A DNA stretch of 64,000 nt from an uncultured Verrucomicrobiae bacterium (GTDB taxonomy: Bacteria; Verrucomicrobiota; Verrucomicrobiia; Chthoniobacterales; UBA10450), in contig CAVYXA010000001.1 of assembly GCA_963772365.1 (NCBI GenBank), positions 736,001 to 800,000 on the forward strand, given 5' to 3'. The stretch's first letter is position 1, and each line of letters begins with the position of its first letter. The position numbers and the translations under genes were made by a program. Positions 32,102 to 41,027 of this stretch are shown here, one piece after another. The notes under the pieces were generated by a model. That model did no database searches. It was not told the origin of the DNA and saw only the letters and a program-made list of their open reading frames with translations.

Positions 32102-32151
32102 CCGTCGCAAACCTTCAATCAAAATGGCGACACTCATAGAGTGCCGCTACA
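32084..32151. repeat. GTAG-type REP doublet (REPIN-like), copy 1
   Basis: TGTAGCGGCGGTCTATGACCGTCGC...GCGACACTCATAGAGTGCCGCTACA; each arm is itself a hairpin. Confidence 0.85.
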
Positions 32152-32893
32152 AATCCGCGACCGCCAGCGCCAGCGGTGCATCGGCTTCTACTTTGCCGGC
32201 GAACCGATTCGTCATGTAGGTGAGAAGCAGAACCCAAAAGGAAAGCGCGAGCCCGAACAGTGGAAATTGCAAGGCAAGCGGTAACGAATAAATAATCGCC
32301 ATCAAGGGAATCCACACCGCCCACGTAGCGAGCAAGGTCGGAACGATCTTGTCCTTATAATGTCTCCAGGTAAACAGGTCGCCCACCGGGCATAGCGAGA
32401 TCCCGTTATTCTTCCATTCATAAGTCAGCACCCCAAACGGCGCGGCGAACAATGGATTGTAGCCAAATTGATCGATACAAATCTTCGCTGCCGCGACAAC
32501 CGGCAGCGTGACGACATCGCCGAGCCATGCCGCTTCACTCCGATAAAGAAGATCGACAAGTGACCCGTCAAATCCCCAAACTGGAATAGTAAACGCAAGG
32601 TTTCGAAGATTCCGAAAGTTCGGGCGGCCGCGCTGAAAGAAAGCAATGAGGAACAACTCCGGAACCAGCGCGCCCGCACCAATCGACGCGATGATCACAA
32701 ACCCGAGTCCGTGTGTCCGTTTATACTCGGCCAGTTGGTTCAATGCCGAAAAGGCTGCCTGGTTCGTATAATAAAGGATAAGCAGCGACAGCATGATCGC
32801 CTGAATTGCAAGTGCAGGCGCCGCATTCGCTCGCGCCGCTTCCCAGCCGAGCATGAACGGACGCCGTGATTTTTCCATCGACGATTGGCTCAT
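32147..32893 (-). CDS. Mpv17/PMP22-like membrane protein
   Basis: KICIDQFGYNPLF and WAVWIP...YSLPLALQ...FW motifs. Confidence 0.7.
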   Translation of the reverse strand: MSQSSMEKSRRPFMLGWEAARANAAPALAIQAIMLSLLILYYTNQAAFSALNQLAEYKRTHGLGFVIIASIGAGALVPELFLIAFFQRGRPNFRNLRNLAFTIPVWGFDGSLVDLLYRSEAAWLGDVVTLPVVAAAKICIDQFGYNPLFAAPFGVLTYEWKNNGISLCPVGDLFTWRHYKDKIVPTLLATWAVWIPLMAIIYSLPLALQFPLFGLALSFWVLLLTYMTNRFAGKVEADAPLALAVADL

Positions 32894-33780
32894 CAAATTG
32901 AGACCGATTGCTGGTACAACCCCGGAATTTTTCGCGTACCGATTACGATCCAATAAGGTGCATTGATCATAAAAATGAATAGGAGCCACTGATTGTAGAT
33001 GAACCCGAGTCCCATCGTGTAATCGAGACATAGGTGAAAACAAATCAGCGCGCACGCAAACAGGGCGGCCCAGGCGCGATAAAGCAGCATTAGCGGGGAT
33101 CCTAGCTCGAGAAAAATTCCTAACGCGGCAATAAGAGCAACGATCCAGCCATGGGCCGCGGCGAAGTTGGCGATCGCCAGTTGTTGCTCCAAAACCGCCT
33201 GATCAAGCGTGTTATAGAATGATTGATAGGCCGCTTTTGCGATCGAGACGCCGATCCAGCGCGCTTGATACCCCCACAGCCCTTTGGTCATCATGAGCTT
33301 AGTAATCCCGGCCACAAGATAAACCGCCACGATCGATTGCTGCGACCACCAGATCGCCCGTTCTTCTAAAACGGCCCGCTCTTCGCCCTTGCGACGACGC
33401 CACAATCCGTAAAAGTGCGCAACGGTTTGGGCAAACAAGACCAGTGACACGATCTGCGCGGAATGCTGGATTGCGCCTTGAGAATTTGTAATCGCGTTCG
33501 CGGCCAGATTCACAAAAAGCGCCACGGGCAACGCTAGCCACACCGCGAGCCGCAAAACGTAAAGAATTAGCGCTCCGGCCAAAACGGCGTGGGCGACGGC
33601 AAAGGTGTGCGGATCGAGCAGGAAATGAAGATCGACAATTCGCGCGACTCCATTAGGCGTGGGAATACCATTGACGATCAACCGGGCCGGAGTCGCGATC
33701 CAAACAACCCAGGCGAAGAGAATCCGCATGATCAGCCGTTCATAAAAAGCATGCTGCTGAAGAGGCCGAGTGATTGTCAT
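32893..33780 (-). CDS. HTTM-like multi-pass membrane protein
   Basis: VYLVAGITKL, LELGSPL and FHL motifs. Confidence 0.65.
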   Translation of the reverse strand: MTITRPLQQHAFYERLIMRILFAWVVWIATPARLIVNGIPTPNGVARIVDLHFLLDPHTFAVAHAVLAGALILYVLRLAVWLALPVALFVNLAANAITNSQGAIQHSAQIVSLVLFAQTVAHFYGLWRRRKGEERAVLEERAIWWSQQSIVAVYLVAGITKLMMTKGLWGYQARWIGVSIAKAAYQSFYNTLDQAVLEQQLAIANFAAAHGWIVALIAALGIFLELGSPLMLLYRAWAALFACALICFHLCLDYTMGLGFIYNQWLLFIFMINAPYWIVIGTRKIPGLYQQSVSI

Positions 33781-34241
33781 GGATGCCTCGCCAACGTGCG
33801 CGTCTCGAGCCGCAGAGCGCCCGATTCCTGATAGACGCGCCCATAGTTAACTTGCACACCACGGAGCAACTTGCGAGATCTCGGGTGGGCAGCCGCCAGT
33901 CCATCGAGGTAATGCAGGAGTGATTCGGCGGCTCGTTCCTGGGACAGCCGATCACGCTCGGGGCCGGCATTTTGAAGCTTCTTCAACTCCGACCGCCGAT
34001 ACCGATCAAAGATCTTGTCCAGCGTCGTAGTCGATAGGCCATAGCGAGGCGTCGCTACCGGACGTCCTTGCCGGTTTGTGAGATAAAGAAAATAGGTGTG
34101 ATTGGCAAACCTCGAATACATTGGAAAGTTCGAGAACGGATAATTCTCTCGAACCCCGAGGCACAGCAGAACTGTGAGTAGCAACCATTTGAACCTGGTG
34201 CTTCGAAACCACTGGAAGCCGCCGCTTAGCAGGGAGCGCAT
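33777..34241 (-). CDS. Hypothetical membrane-anchored protein coupled to the HTTM-like gene
   Basis: ENYPFSNFPMYS motif; ATGA overlap with the downstream gene. Confidence 0.7.
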   Translation of the reverse strand: MRSLLSGGFQWFRSTRFKWLLLTVLLCLGVRENYPFSNFPMYSRFANHTYFLYLTNRQGRPVATPRYGLSTTTLDKIFDRYRRSELKKLQNAGPERDRLSQERAAESLLHYLDGLAAAHPRSRKLLRGVQVNYGRVYQESGALRLETRTLARHP

Positions 34242-34249
34242 GCTTACGT

Positions 34250-34339
34250 TGTCATGTTGAGTGAAACGAAACATCTCTAACTATTTGTCTCTTTTTCTAA
34301 AAAATGACCAGAGATCCTTCGCGTTCGCTCAGGATGACA
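34250..34339. repeat. REP-like GTCAT family, copy C
   Basis: TGTCATGTTGAGTGAAACGAAACATCTC...GAGATCCTTCGCGTTCGCTCAGGATGACA. Confidence 0.85.
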
Positions 34340-34538
34340 AACGCGGATTGATCACAGGCCGGCAGCCCAGTTTGCTTGATCGACAGTGACGCTCCAAATT
34401 AATGATGGAATGTCCGAGACACTGCCGCCTTGCTGGAAGAAGAACCATTTCACCTTTAGACGCAGTCTTCGGCGTGGGTGCAGGCGCTCTATTATCCGCT
34501 AAAAGAAAGAAGCGAGATTGAGGCATGACAATCACAAC

Positions 34539-35666
34539 ATGAACACAACGCGCCGCCACTTTCTAAAGCTCTCCGCTGCGACCAGCGCAACCGTTGCCTT
34601 AGGCGCAAGATCGACATCCTTATTCGCCGCAAAACCGGCCAAACCGTTGCGGATTCTCATTCTTGGCGGCACCGGATTTACTGGACCGTTCCAAGTGCGC
34701 TATGCGCTCAGCCGCGGACACAAAGTGACTGTCTTTAATCGCGGCAAAACCCATCCCGGTGAGTTGCCGCATGAAGTCGAGCAACTCATCGGGGATCGAA
34801 ATGGAAAGCTCGACGCCTTGAAGAATCGGAAATGGGATGTCGCTATCGATAATCCAACTATGCTTCCAATCTGGGTACGCGATGCCGCTCAGATCCTGAA
34901 AGGCAATGTTGATCGTTACGTGTTCATCTCGACGATCTCCGTTTATCCGGAATCCAGCGAGGGCGTAGACGAGAACGCAGCTTTGGGAAAATACGACGGC
35001 GCCGATCCATACAAAGAGACAATCGATAGTGTGCGCGCATCTGGATTCAAACTCTACGGTCCACTCAAAGCCCTCTCGGAAAAGGAAGCCGAGAAATGGT
35101 TTCCGGGGAAAACGTTGGTCGTTCGGCCCGGATTGATTGTCGGCCCGGGCGATCAAACCGACCGATTCACATACTGGCCGGTGCGAATCGAACGCAGCGG
35201 CGAAGTGCTCGCTCCCGGGAAAATAAGCGACCCGGTGCAATTCATCGATGCTCGCGATCTGGCCGAATGGACTATCCGCATGGTCGAGAATGGTGAGACC
35301 GGAATTTGTAATGCGACTGGCCCAGCCGCCCCCTTTGCGATTGGGGGAATGCTCAGCGGAATTAAGTCAGCGCTCGATTCAAACGCTGAATTCACATGGG
35401 CGACCGAGGAGTTTCTCAAGCAACAAAAGGTCGAGCCTTGGTCGGATATGCCGGTCTGGACCGGCGCCGAAAGCGGCCTTGCTCGAACCAGTATCACACG
35501 TGCTCTGGAAAAAGGCCTAACGCTTCGTCCATTAGCCGAAACGGCTCGCGACACGCTCGCCTGGTTCAAAACACAACCGCAAGATCGACAATCCAAACTG
35601 CGCGCTGGCCTCTCGCCCGAGCGCGAAAAAGAAGTCCTCGCCGCGTGGCACAAGCAGAAATTGTAG
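34539..35666 (+). CDS. NAD-dependent epimerase/dehydratase (SDR) with twin-arginine signal
   Basis: TRRHFLK, LGGTGFTG, YGPLK and RPGLIVGP. Confidence 0.9.
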   Translation: MNTTRRHFLKLSAATSATVALGARSTSLFAAKPAKPLRILILGGTGFTGPFQVRYALSRGHKVTVFNRGKTHPGELPHEVEQLIGDRNGKLDALKNRKWDVAIDNPTMLPIWVRDAAQILKGNVDRYVFISTISVYPESSEGVDENAALGKYDGADPYKETIDSVRASGFKLYGPLKALSEKEAEKWFPGKTLVVRPGLIVGPGDQTDRFTYWPVRIERSGEVLAPGKISDPVQFIDARDLAEWTIRMVENGETGICNATGPAAPFAIGGMLSGIKSALDSNAEFTWATEEFLKQQKVEPWSDMPVWTGAESGLARTSITRALEKGLTLRPLAETARDTLAWFKTQPQDRQSKLRAGLSPEREKEVLAAWHKQKL

Positions 35667-35693
35667 GTGACGCGGCTTCGTCGGTTACGGAAG

Positions 35694-36347
35694 TCAGCGA
35701 TCAAGAAGTTTGGACATTTGAGAACGAAACAGTTTTGCTCCACCGGAAGCCGGGTGCCGAACGTAGTTCGCGGAGACATGCAACGCCTCAAGTTGTGCGG
35801 CGGCGATTTTTCCAAGAGCGATGGTCTGTTTGCAGGGGAATAACTCAAGAAACCTCTTCAACACTGGCAACCCGGCAGCTCGTTCGGACGCACTCGGCAT
35901 TCGATTACTCAATAACCCGACACGCGGATCGAACGAATGCCATGGAAACGCGTTCCAAAGCACGAACTCCCGCGGTGCTAAACCAAGTTTGAGCAGCGTG
36001 CCCCAGACAAGCGTCGCGGTAGGCTCGGAAAAACCATTGCGAAAGTTTTCAGGTTTGCTGGTCCGACGCGGCTTGAATCCAGAAAAGACTTCTTTCGGCG
36101 CTATGTTGACTCTCGTCGATCCTCCGAGCAGGATCCGCTCCGACGTCATGGCAATGCCGGTGAAGTGACCACCTCGATATCCTAGCGCTTCGCCGATCAC
36201 CGTGATCCGGGCTTTCCCCAGGCGCTGGCTGAGATAAGCTCGCAATTGTTTACGCCGAATCTCCGGCGCAGCGCGGCAGATGTCGTTTTCACAATCAACC
36301 TGCCACCACGGATTAAAAATCGGGCCGGTCGGCGAGTTTTTGAGCAA
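35694..36347 (-). CDS. Uracil-DNA glycosylase superfamily protein
   Basis: IGEALGYRG, WNAFPWH, NRMP and VRHPASGG. Confidence 0.85.
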   Translation of the reverse strand: MLKNSPTGPIFNPWWQVDCENDICRAAPEIRRKQLRAYLSQRLGKARITVIGEALGYRGGHFTGIAMTSERILLGGSTRVNIAPKEVFSGFKPRRTSKPENFRNGFSEPTATLVWGTLLKLGLAPREFVLWNAFPWHSFDPRVGLLSNRMPSASERAAGLPVLKRFLELFPCKQTIALGKIAAAQLEALHVSANYVRHPASGGAKLFRSQMSKLLDR

Positions 36348-36386
36348 TTCCGAGAATGCTTCGACAGCTCGCGTAAATCGGTCCGA

Positions 36387-36932
36387 CTATGACTTCGCGT
36401 AAACGCCAACCAGAGGACGCTTCGATGGAATCGGCGATCTAAAATCGCTCACGAATCCGTTCCGCGTGCGAATCTCAACGTGACCCGCAGCCCGCCTGGC
36501 GCCATACACCAGCACCGCTCCGACTGGTGCTTTATAAGGATCATGAACCGGAAGTTTCTTGAATCCATATTGGCTCACCAGCTCGCGGCCGGCCTCTTTG
36601 GCGTACTCTGTCTTTGGATACGAGGAGATAACGCGCGCGGCGAGCAGCGCCTCCTTTACGGCGCGCCAGCATTGCGAGCGTGAATGAGCATGGGCTCGCT
36701 CCTGTGCAATGGTCGCAGCATGCAACAACTTTGGATCGATGTTCCGATCAATCCTGGCCAAAGGATGCCTGATCTTCTTTGAGTAATATTTCGTAATGAC
36801 AGATAGCGCCTCGGTCTTGCCGTTCGCGTTCGTAAACGTGAACCTCTTTGAGTTTGAGCTAGCAGCATGAGCTACATTCGCACCCAGAAACAGACAGAGT
36901 GAAGCGGTAATCAAATAGACCGGTTTTTGCAT
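36387..36932 (-). CDS. Secreted protein with putative CHAP/NlpC-like Cys-His dyad
   Basis: Signal peptide; QCWRAVK, GAVLVY and GHVEI. Confidence 0.6.
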   Translation of the reverse strand: MQKPVYLITASLCLFLGANVAHAASSNSKRFTFTNANGKTEALSVITKYYSKKIRHPLARIDRNIDPKLLHAATIAQERAHAHSRSQCWRAVKEALLAARVISSYPKTEYAKEAGRELVSQYGFKKLPVHDPYKAPVGAVLVYGARRAAGHVEIRTRNGFVSDFRSPIPSKRPLVGVYAKS

Positions 36933-37245
36933 GAGAAGTGCACCACATCGAGCAATTCGCTTGCCTCCGCAACTGCTTTTTTGAAGAAAAATCGAGGCTT
37001 TGCACGGATCGATTGTAAATCAAACGCTGCAACTAAAGCGAGCGCATTACGTCAACCATTCGCCAGCGCATTTTTTTGCCTCCGCTAGATCAGTTTTCTA
37101 GCTCGAAGAAGAAAATCCGCTTGCCTGGAGCACGCAATGCGAATCGATGTCGACGTTACATGAGTTCACCACCACAGAGTTTCTGCGATAGGATCGACAT
37201 TTTCGCATTGAATGGCGACCGACCCTGCATACCGTCCGGCGCTCT

Positions 37246-37827
37246 ATGACATTTCGTTATCTGCTTCGGACCGCCGCTGCCGGCACAATCCTCATTCTTG
37301 CCTGCGGTTGCGAGGAATTGCCGCCGCAGGTTCAACGACCCCTGGCCGCCGTTTTGCCGCCGCTGATTCGGCCTTCCGGGTGGTGGAATGATGATGGCGT
37401 TTCCGGCCCACCGCGAATCGTTGTCGATGTCGGCGAACAAAAAGCCTACTTTTACAAGGGCAAACATCTCGTGGGGGAATCGACAGTTTCGACGGGCAAA
37501 CCTGGATTCTCCACTCCGCCCGGCCATTACAAAGTGATTTCAAAAGATAAGGGCCACGTCTCGACGGTATTTGGCGACTACATTGATGATGCCGGAAATG
37601 TGATCAGGTTTAACATCGATCGGCGTAAAGATCGTCGGCCGCCCGGGACACATTTCGACGGAGCACGAATGCCATATGCAATGTTCTTCCGCGGCGGCTA
37701 CGCCATGCACGAAGGATATGTTCCGCCTTATGCTGCATCGCATGGTTGCATTCGCCTGCCCAAGGGAATGGCCAAGCCATTTTTCGACAATGCCCGAATT
37801 GGAACGCCGGTAACCGTAAGGGAATAA
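37246..37827 (+). CDS. L,D-transpeptidase family lipoprotein
   Basis: Lipobox-like LACGC; VSTGK, TPPG, MPY, AMHEG and SHGCIRL. Confidence 0.92.
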   Translation: MTFRYLLRTAAAGTILILACGCEELPPQVQRPLAAVLPPLIRPSGWWNDDGVSGPPRIVVDVGEQKAYFYKGKHLVGESTVSTGKPGFSTPPGHYKVISKDKGHVSTVFGDYIDDAGNVIRFNIDRRKDRRPPGTHFDGARMPYAMFFRGGYAMHEGYVPPYAASHGCIRLPKGMAKPFFDNARIGTPVTVRE

Positions 37828-37829
37828 GA

Positions 37830-38168
37830 TTAGCCTGGAGGCCAGGCCAGTGCGCGTTTCCCCAAGAGGTGCACGTGGAGATGCGGCACGCTTTCGCCGG
37901 CGTCCGGGCCGCTATTGATCACAACTCGATAACCGCTTTGCGCAACGCCAAGTTTACGAGCGAGATCGGCGGCGACCAGCAACAATTTGCCCAATAAATT
38001 GCGATCCTTCTCCGCGGCATCGCCGAGCCTTGGAATCACTCTTTTCGGCACAATCAAAACGTGGACCGGCGCCTGCGGATTCACATCCTGAAAGGCAATC
38101 GCATCGTCATCTTCCCAGACGACCTTTGCTGGAATCTCGCGTTTGATGATTTTCTCGAAAATAGTCAT
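37830..38168 (-). CDS. HIT family nucleotide-binding protein
   Basis: TIFEKII, PQAPVHVL and HLHVH. Confidence 0.95.
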   Translation of the reverse strand: MTIFEKIIKREIPAKVVWEDDDAIAFQDVNPQAPVHVLIVPKRVIPRLGDAAEKDRNLLGKLLLVAADLARKLGVAQSGYRVVINSGPDAGESVPHLHVHLLGKRALAWPPG

Positions 38169-38207
38169 GGCAGCTCGATAATCAGTTTTGCTTAATGGCC
38201 TATCGGT

Positions 38208-38768
38208 TCAGCGCAAGGAACAATCAAGTCGTTCCAATTGACTTGTCGATGTTAGTTTTTCGCGAACGAAGCAAACAATCTCTTCTCGCAACGAGTCACA
38301 GGCGCGAGTCCATGTTTTGACACCGCGCAGATGCTTCACACAACCGTGCAGAGAGCAAAATTGCAGATTGTCCACTCCAGTTTCGAGCAGGCCGGCAATT
38401 CTTTTTTCCAGCAGATCGAAGAAAGCCAGCTCGTAACCGGTCCCCGCTTCGTGCGCGATGTCGATAAGCGAAACACAAATGGGTGGCGGAGCCGGAGTGA
38501 AATGGGGGATGATTTCCTTGTAACCAATTACTTTCAAAACGTACTGCACTGTTTCCGCAAGCTGTCTGAAATCGACCACGTTCTCGTCGTTGCGAAGCCG
38601 CAGGTAAAAGGCAATCGATTCGGTGACATGATCGGTAAGCCACCAGCTTGGATAGCCAGCTTTGTTAGCCGCGTGTGTGATGGCTGCGTGAAGCCAGTCG
38701 CGATTGAATTCGAAGAGCTGCCCTGAATCGCAACGAAGATACGGAAATTCTTCCTTAAACGCGACCAT
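38208..38768 (-). CDS. Hypothetical protein overlapping the nrdR 3' end, possible ATP-cone-like N-half
   Basis: Start MVAFKEE overlaps the nrdR end; helical pattern reminiscent of an ATP-cone. Confidence 0.7.
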   Translation of the reverse strand: MVAFKEEFPYLRCDSGQLFEFNRDWLHAAITHAANKAGYPSWWLTDHVTESIAFYLRLRNDENVVDFRQLAETVQYVLKVIGYKEIIPHFTPAPPPICVSLIDIAHEAGTGYELAFFDLLEKRIAGLLETGVDNLQFCSLHGCVKHLRGVKTWTRACDSLREEIVCFVREKLTSTSQLERLDCSLR

Positions 38769-39312
38769 GGTTCTTATTTGTTTTTGGCTGAGATTCCAAT
38801 TGTGAACCGGGTTGGGTGGTGTCGGCTGGAAACAATTCTCGCTGTGCTGGATTGATTTTAACGGTCCGGCCGAGTTTCTGAATCGCATCCACAAATTCAT
38901 CGACATCTTCGAACCGGCGATGCACCGAGGCGTATCGCAAATACGCTACCTCATCAATGCCACGCAATTTCTCCAGGACTTTGCCGCCGATCTGCGATGA
39001 ATGAACTTCGCGTCCGCTGGTTTCCAATTCGTGAACGATGTCATCCACGAGCTCCTCGAGTGTCAGGAGACTTGTGGACCGTTTTTCAAAAGCTTTGGCG
39101 ATGCTGGTGGCAAGCTTGCGCCGGTCAAACGGTTCGTGAGTGCGCCGATCGCGTTTAATTACTCGCAGATCCGATCGCTCAATCTCCTCGTAAGTCGTGA
39201 AACGATAACTGCACTTTAGACATTGTCGGCGACGGCGGATACTGGCGCTATCGCGCGACTGTCGGGAATCGATGACCTTGTCATCACGAGACCCGCACTT
39301 GGGGCAACGCAT
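38755..39312 (-). CDS. nrdR: Transcriptional repressor NrdR
   Basis: MRCPKC, VIDSR, IRRRRQC..C..RFTTYE and VAYLRYASV. Confidence 0.97.
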   Translation of the reverse strand: MRCPKCGSRDDKVIDSRQSRDSASIRRRRQCLKCSYRFTTYEEIERSDLRVIKRDRRTHEPFDRRKLATSIAKAFEKRSTSLLTLEELVDDIVHELETSGREVHSSQIGGKVLEKLRGIDEVAYLRYASVHRRFEDVDEFVDAIQKLGRTVKINPAQRELFPADTTQPGSQLESQPKTNKNHGRV

Positions 39313-39325
39313 GGTGTAAAGAGAG

Positions 39326-39355
39326 TAACTAGCACACTATTAGTTGTGGAGTCAA
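39326..39355 (-). promoter_or_regulatory. Candidate nrdR promoter with NrdR-box-like site
   Basis: Minus strand: TTGACT (39355-39350), then CCACAACTAATAGTGT (39349-39334), then TAGTTA (39331-39326). Confidence 0.5.
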
Positions 39356-39406
39356 TACTCATTCATTCGGTCGTTTGACTTTGGGCCGCAGAGCTCGAGC
39401 AGATCT

Positions 39407-39745
39407 CTAGCAATTTGCGCTGCGCAATTCGATGATTCGCCGGGTCGCGCGCTTACAACGTTCGAGTTCCCGAACGGCATCGATTTCCGATAGATGTTGA
39501 GCTGCATAAGATGGCCGCGCCGGCCGCAGAGAAACTTGAACAACATCATTGGCAATCGCCGCTCGATGAATGGATTGCAGGTTGGGAGCTTTTTCCGCTG
39601 CGGCCAGCAAACCGTCACGCGTTGCGATATAGGCATTGATTTCTTGCAAAATCGCGCGGGAACTCGTGACAGGACTTATCGAAGGGCGGCGACTTTTTGG
39701 TTTGATAGCAGAACGGGGTGGAACTGTGGGTTGAGTGATTTGCAT
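39407..39745 (-). CDS. Hypothetical protein
   Basis: ATG-initiated ORF filling the nrdR-obgE gap. Confidence 0.5.
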   Translation of the reverse strand: MQITQPTVPPRSAIKPKSRRPSISPVTSSRAILQEINAYIATRDGLLAAAEKAPNLQSIHRAAIANDVVQVSLRPARPSYAAQHLSEIDAVRELERCKRATRRIIELRSANC

Positions 39746-39869
39746 ACAGTCTCTTGAAGCAACTCACATGCCCTTCGATACCACGCCTTCTCGCCCGTAG
39801 TGACATCACTCGAAGACGATGTAACGATGTAACGCTTCAATCTTGCTACGCTTAGAAATCTCCAAGCTC

Positions 39870-40952
39870 ATGTTTGTCGACCGTATCAAAGTTCTTGCAC
39901 AAGCTGGTAACGGCGGGCGTGGTTGCGTCAGTTTTCGGCGGGAGAAATTTGTCCCGAAGGGCGGACCTGACGGAGGCGATGGTGGCCGCGGCGGCGATGT
40001 AATCCTGCGTGCCGATCGACACGTCGATAGTCTTTCGAATCTTTTTTACGAACCAATCATTAAGGCGAAAAATGGCGGACATGGCATGGGAAAGAAAATG
40101 CATGGACGTTCCGCGCCGGCAAAGATCGTGCAGGTGCCGGTGGGAACAATTGGTTGGGAGGCGGAATCAAAGTCGGTCATCCTGAGCGAAAGCGAAGGAT
40201 CCCGTGATGCCCCCTTAAAGCTTTCGCAACGGGATTCCTCGGCTTCGCTCGGAATGACGAGTGGGGAACCGGTGGTCGATCTTATCCAGGACGGGCAGGA
40301 GTTTGTTCTGTGCCAGGGTGGAAAGGGCGGCAAGGGAAACGTGCATTTCAAGAGCTCGCGAAACCGCGCCCCGCGCGAATACACCGAAGGCGAAGAAGGC
40401 GAGGCGGGACATTTCCTGCTTGAACTGCGCACGATCGCCGACGGGGCCCTCGTTGGTTATCCGAATGCCGGCAAGTCGACTTTGCTTCGAAAAATTTCCG
40501 CCGCGCGCCCGAAGGTCGCGTCTTACCCATTTACGACGCTCCATCCGATCATCGGAGTGGTGGAATTTCCCGGTTATCGCCGCGCGGCCATCGCCGACAT
40601 TCCCGGCCTGATCGAAGGCGCGCATCGCGGGCTTGGGCTCGGTCACGAATTTTTACGGCACATCACTCGATGTCGGATCTTTCTCTTCGTTGTCGATGCT
40701 GCCGGAAGCGAAGGTCGGAGTCCGGTGGAAGATTTACAACAACTGCGACGCGAGATCGATCTCTACGATTCACGCTTGTCAGAGCGACCGTGGTTCGTGA
40801 TCGCCAACAAAATGGATCTGGGCGACGCGAGTGAAAATTTAAAAGCCTTGCGCAAACGATTCCCAAAAATCGAGATCGTCGCGGTTTCAGCCGCGAAAGG
40901 CGAAAACATCGATACACTAAAGAACAAGCTAGCCGACTGGCTCAAGCTGTAG
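39870..40952 (+). CDS. obgE: GTPase ObgE with in-frame repeat insertion
   Basis: MFVD, FRREKFVPKGGPDGGDGG, GYPNAGKST, YPFTT, DIPG and NKMD. Confidence 0.97.
   Translation: MFVDRIKVLAQAGNGGRGCVSFRREKFVPKGGPDGGDGGRGGDVILRADRHVDSLSNLFYEPIIKAKNGGHGMGKKMHGRSAPAKIVQVPVGTIGWEAESKSVILSESEGSRDAPLKLSQRDSSASLGMTSGEPVVDLIQDGQEFVLCQGGKGGKGNVHFKSSRNRAPREYTEGEEGEAGHFLLELRTIADGALVGYPNAGKSTLLRKISAARPKVASYPFTTLHPIIGVVEFPGYRRAAIADIPGLIEGAHRGLGLGHEFLRHITRCRIFLFVVDAAGSEGRSPVEDLQQLRREIDLYDSRLSERPWFVIANKMDLGDASENLKALRKRFPKIEIVAVSAAKGENIDTLKNKLADWLKL
40176..40258. repeat. REP-like GTCAT family, copy D, in frame in obgE
   Basis: GTCATCCTGAGCGAAAGCGAAGGATCCC...GGGATTCCTCGGCTTCGCTCGGAATGAC. Confidence 0.9.
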
Positions 40953-41027
40953 GCTGTCCCAATCGACAGGATTTGCCGCGGGGAAATCAGGACCGCCGCC
41001 GTCGAGGAATCGATATGGAACGAGGTG

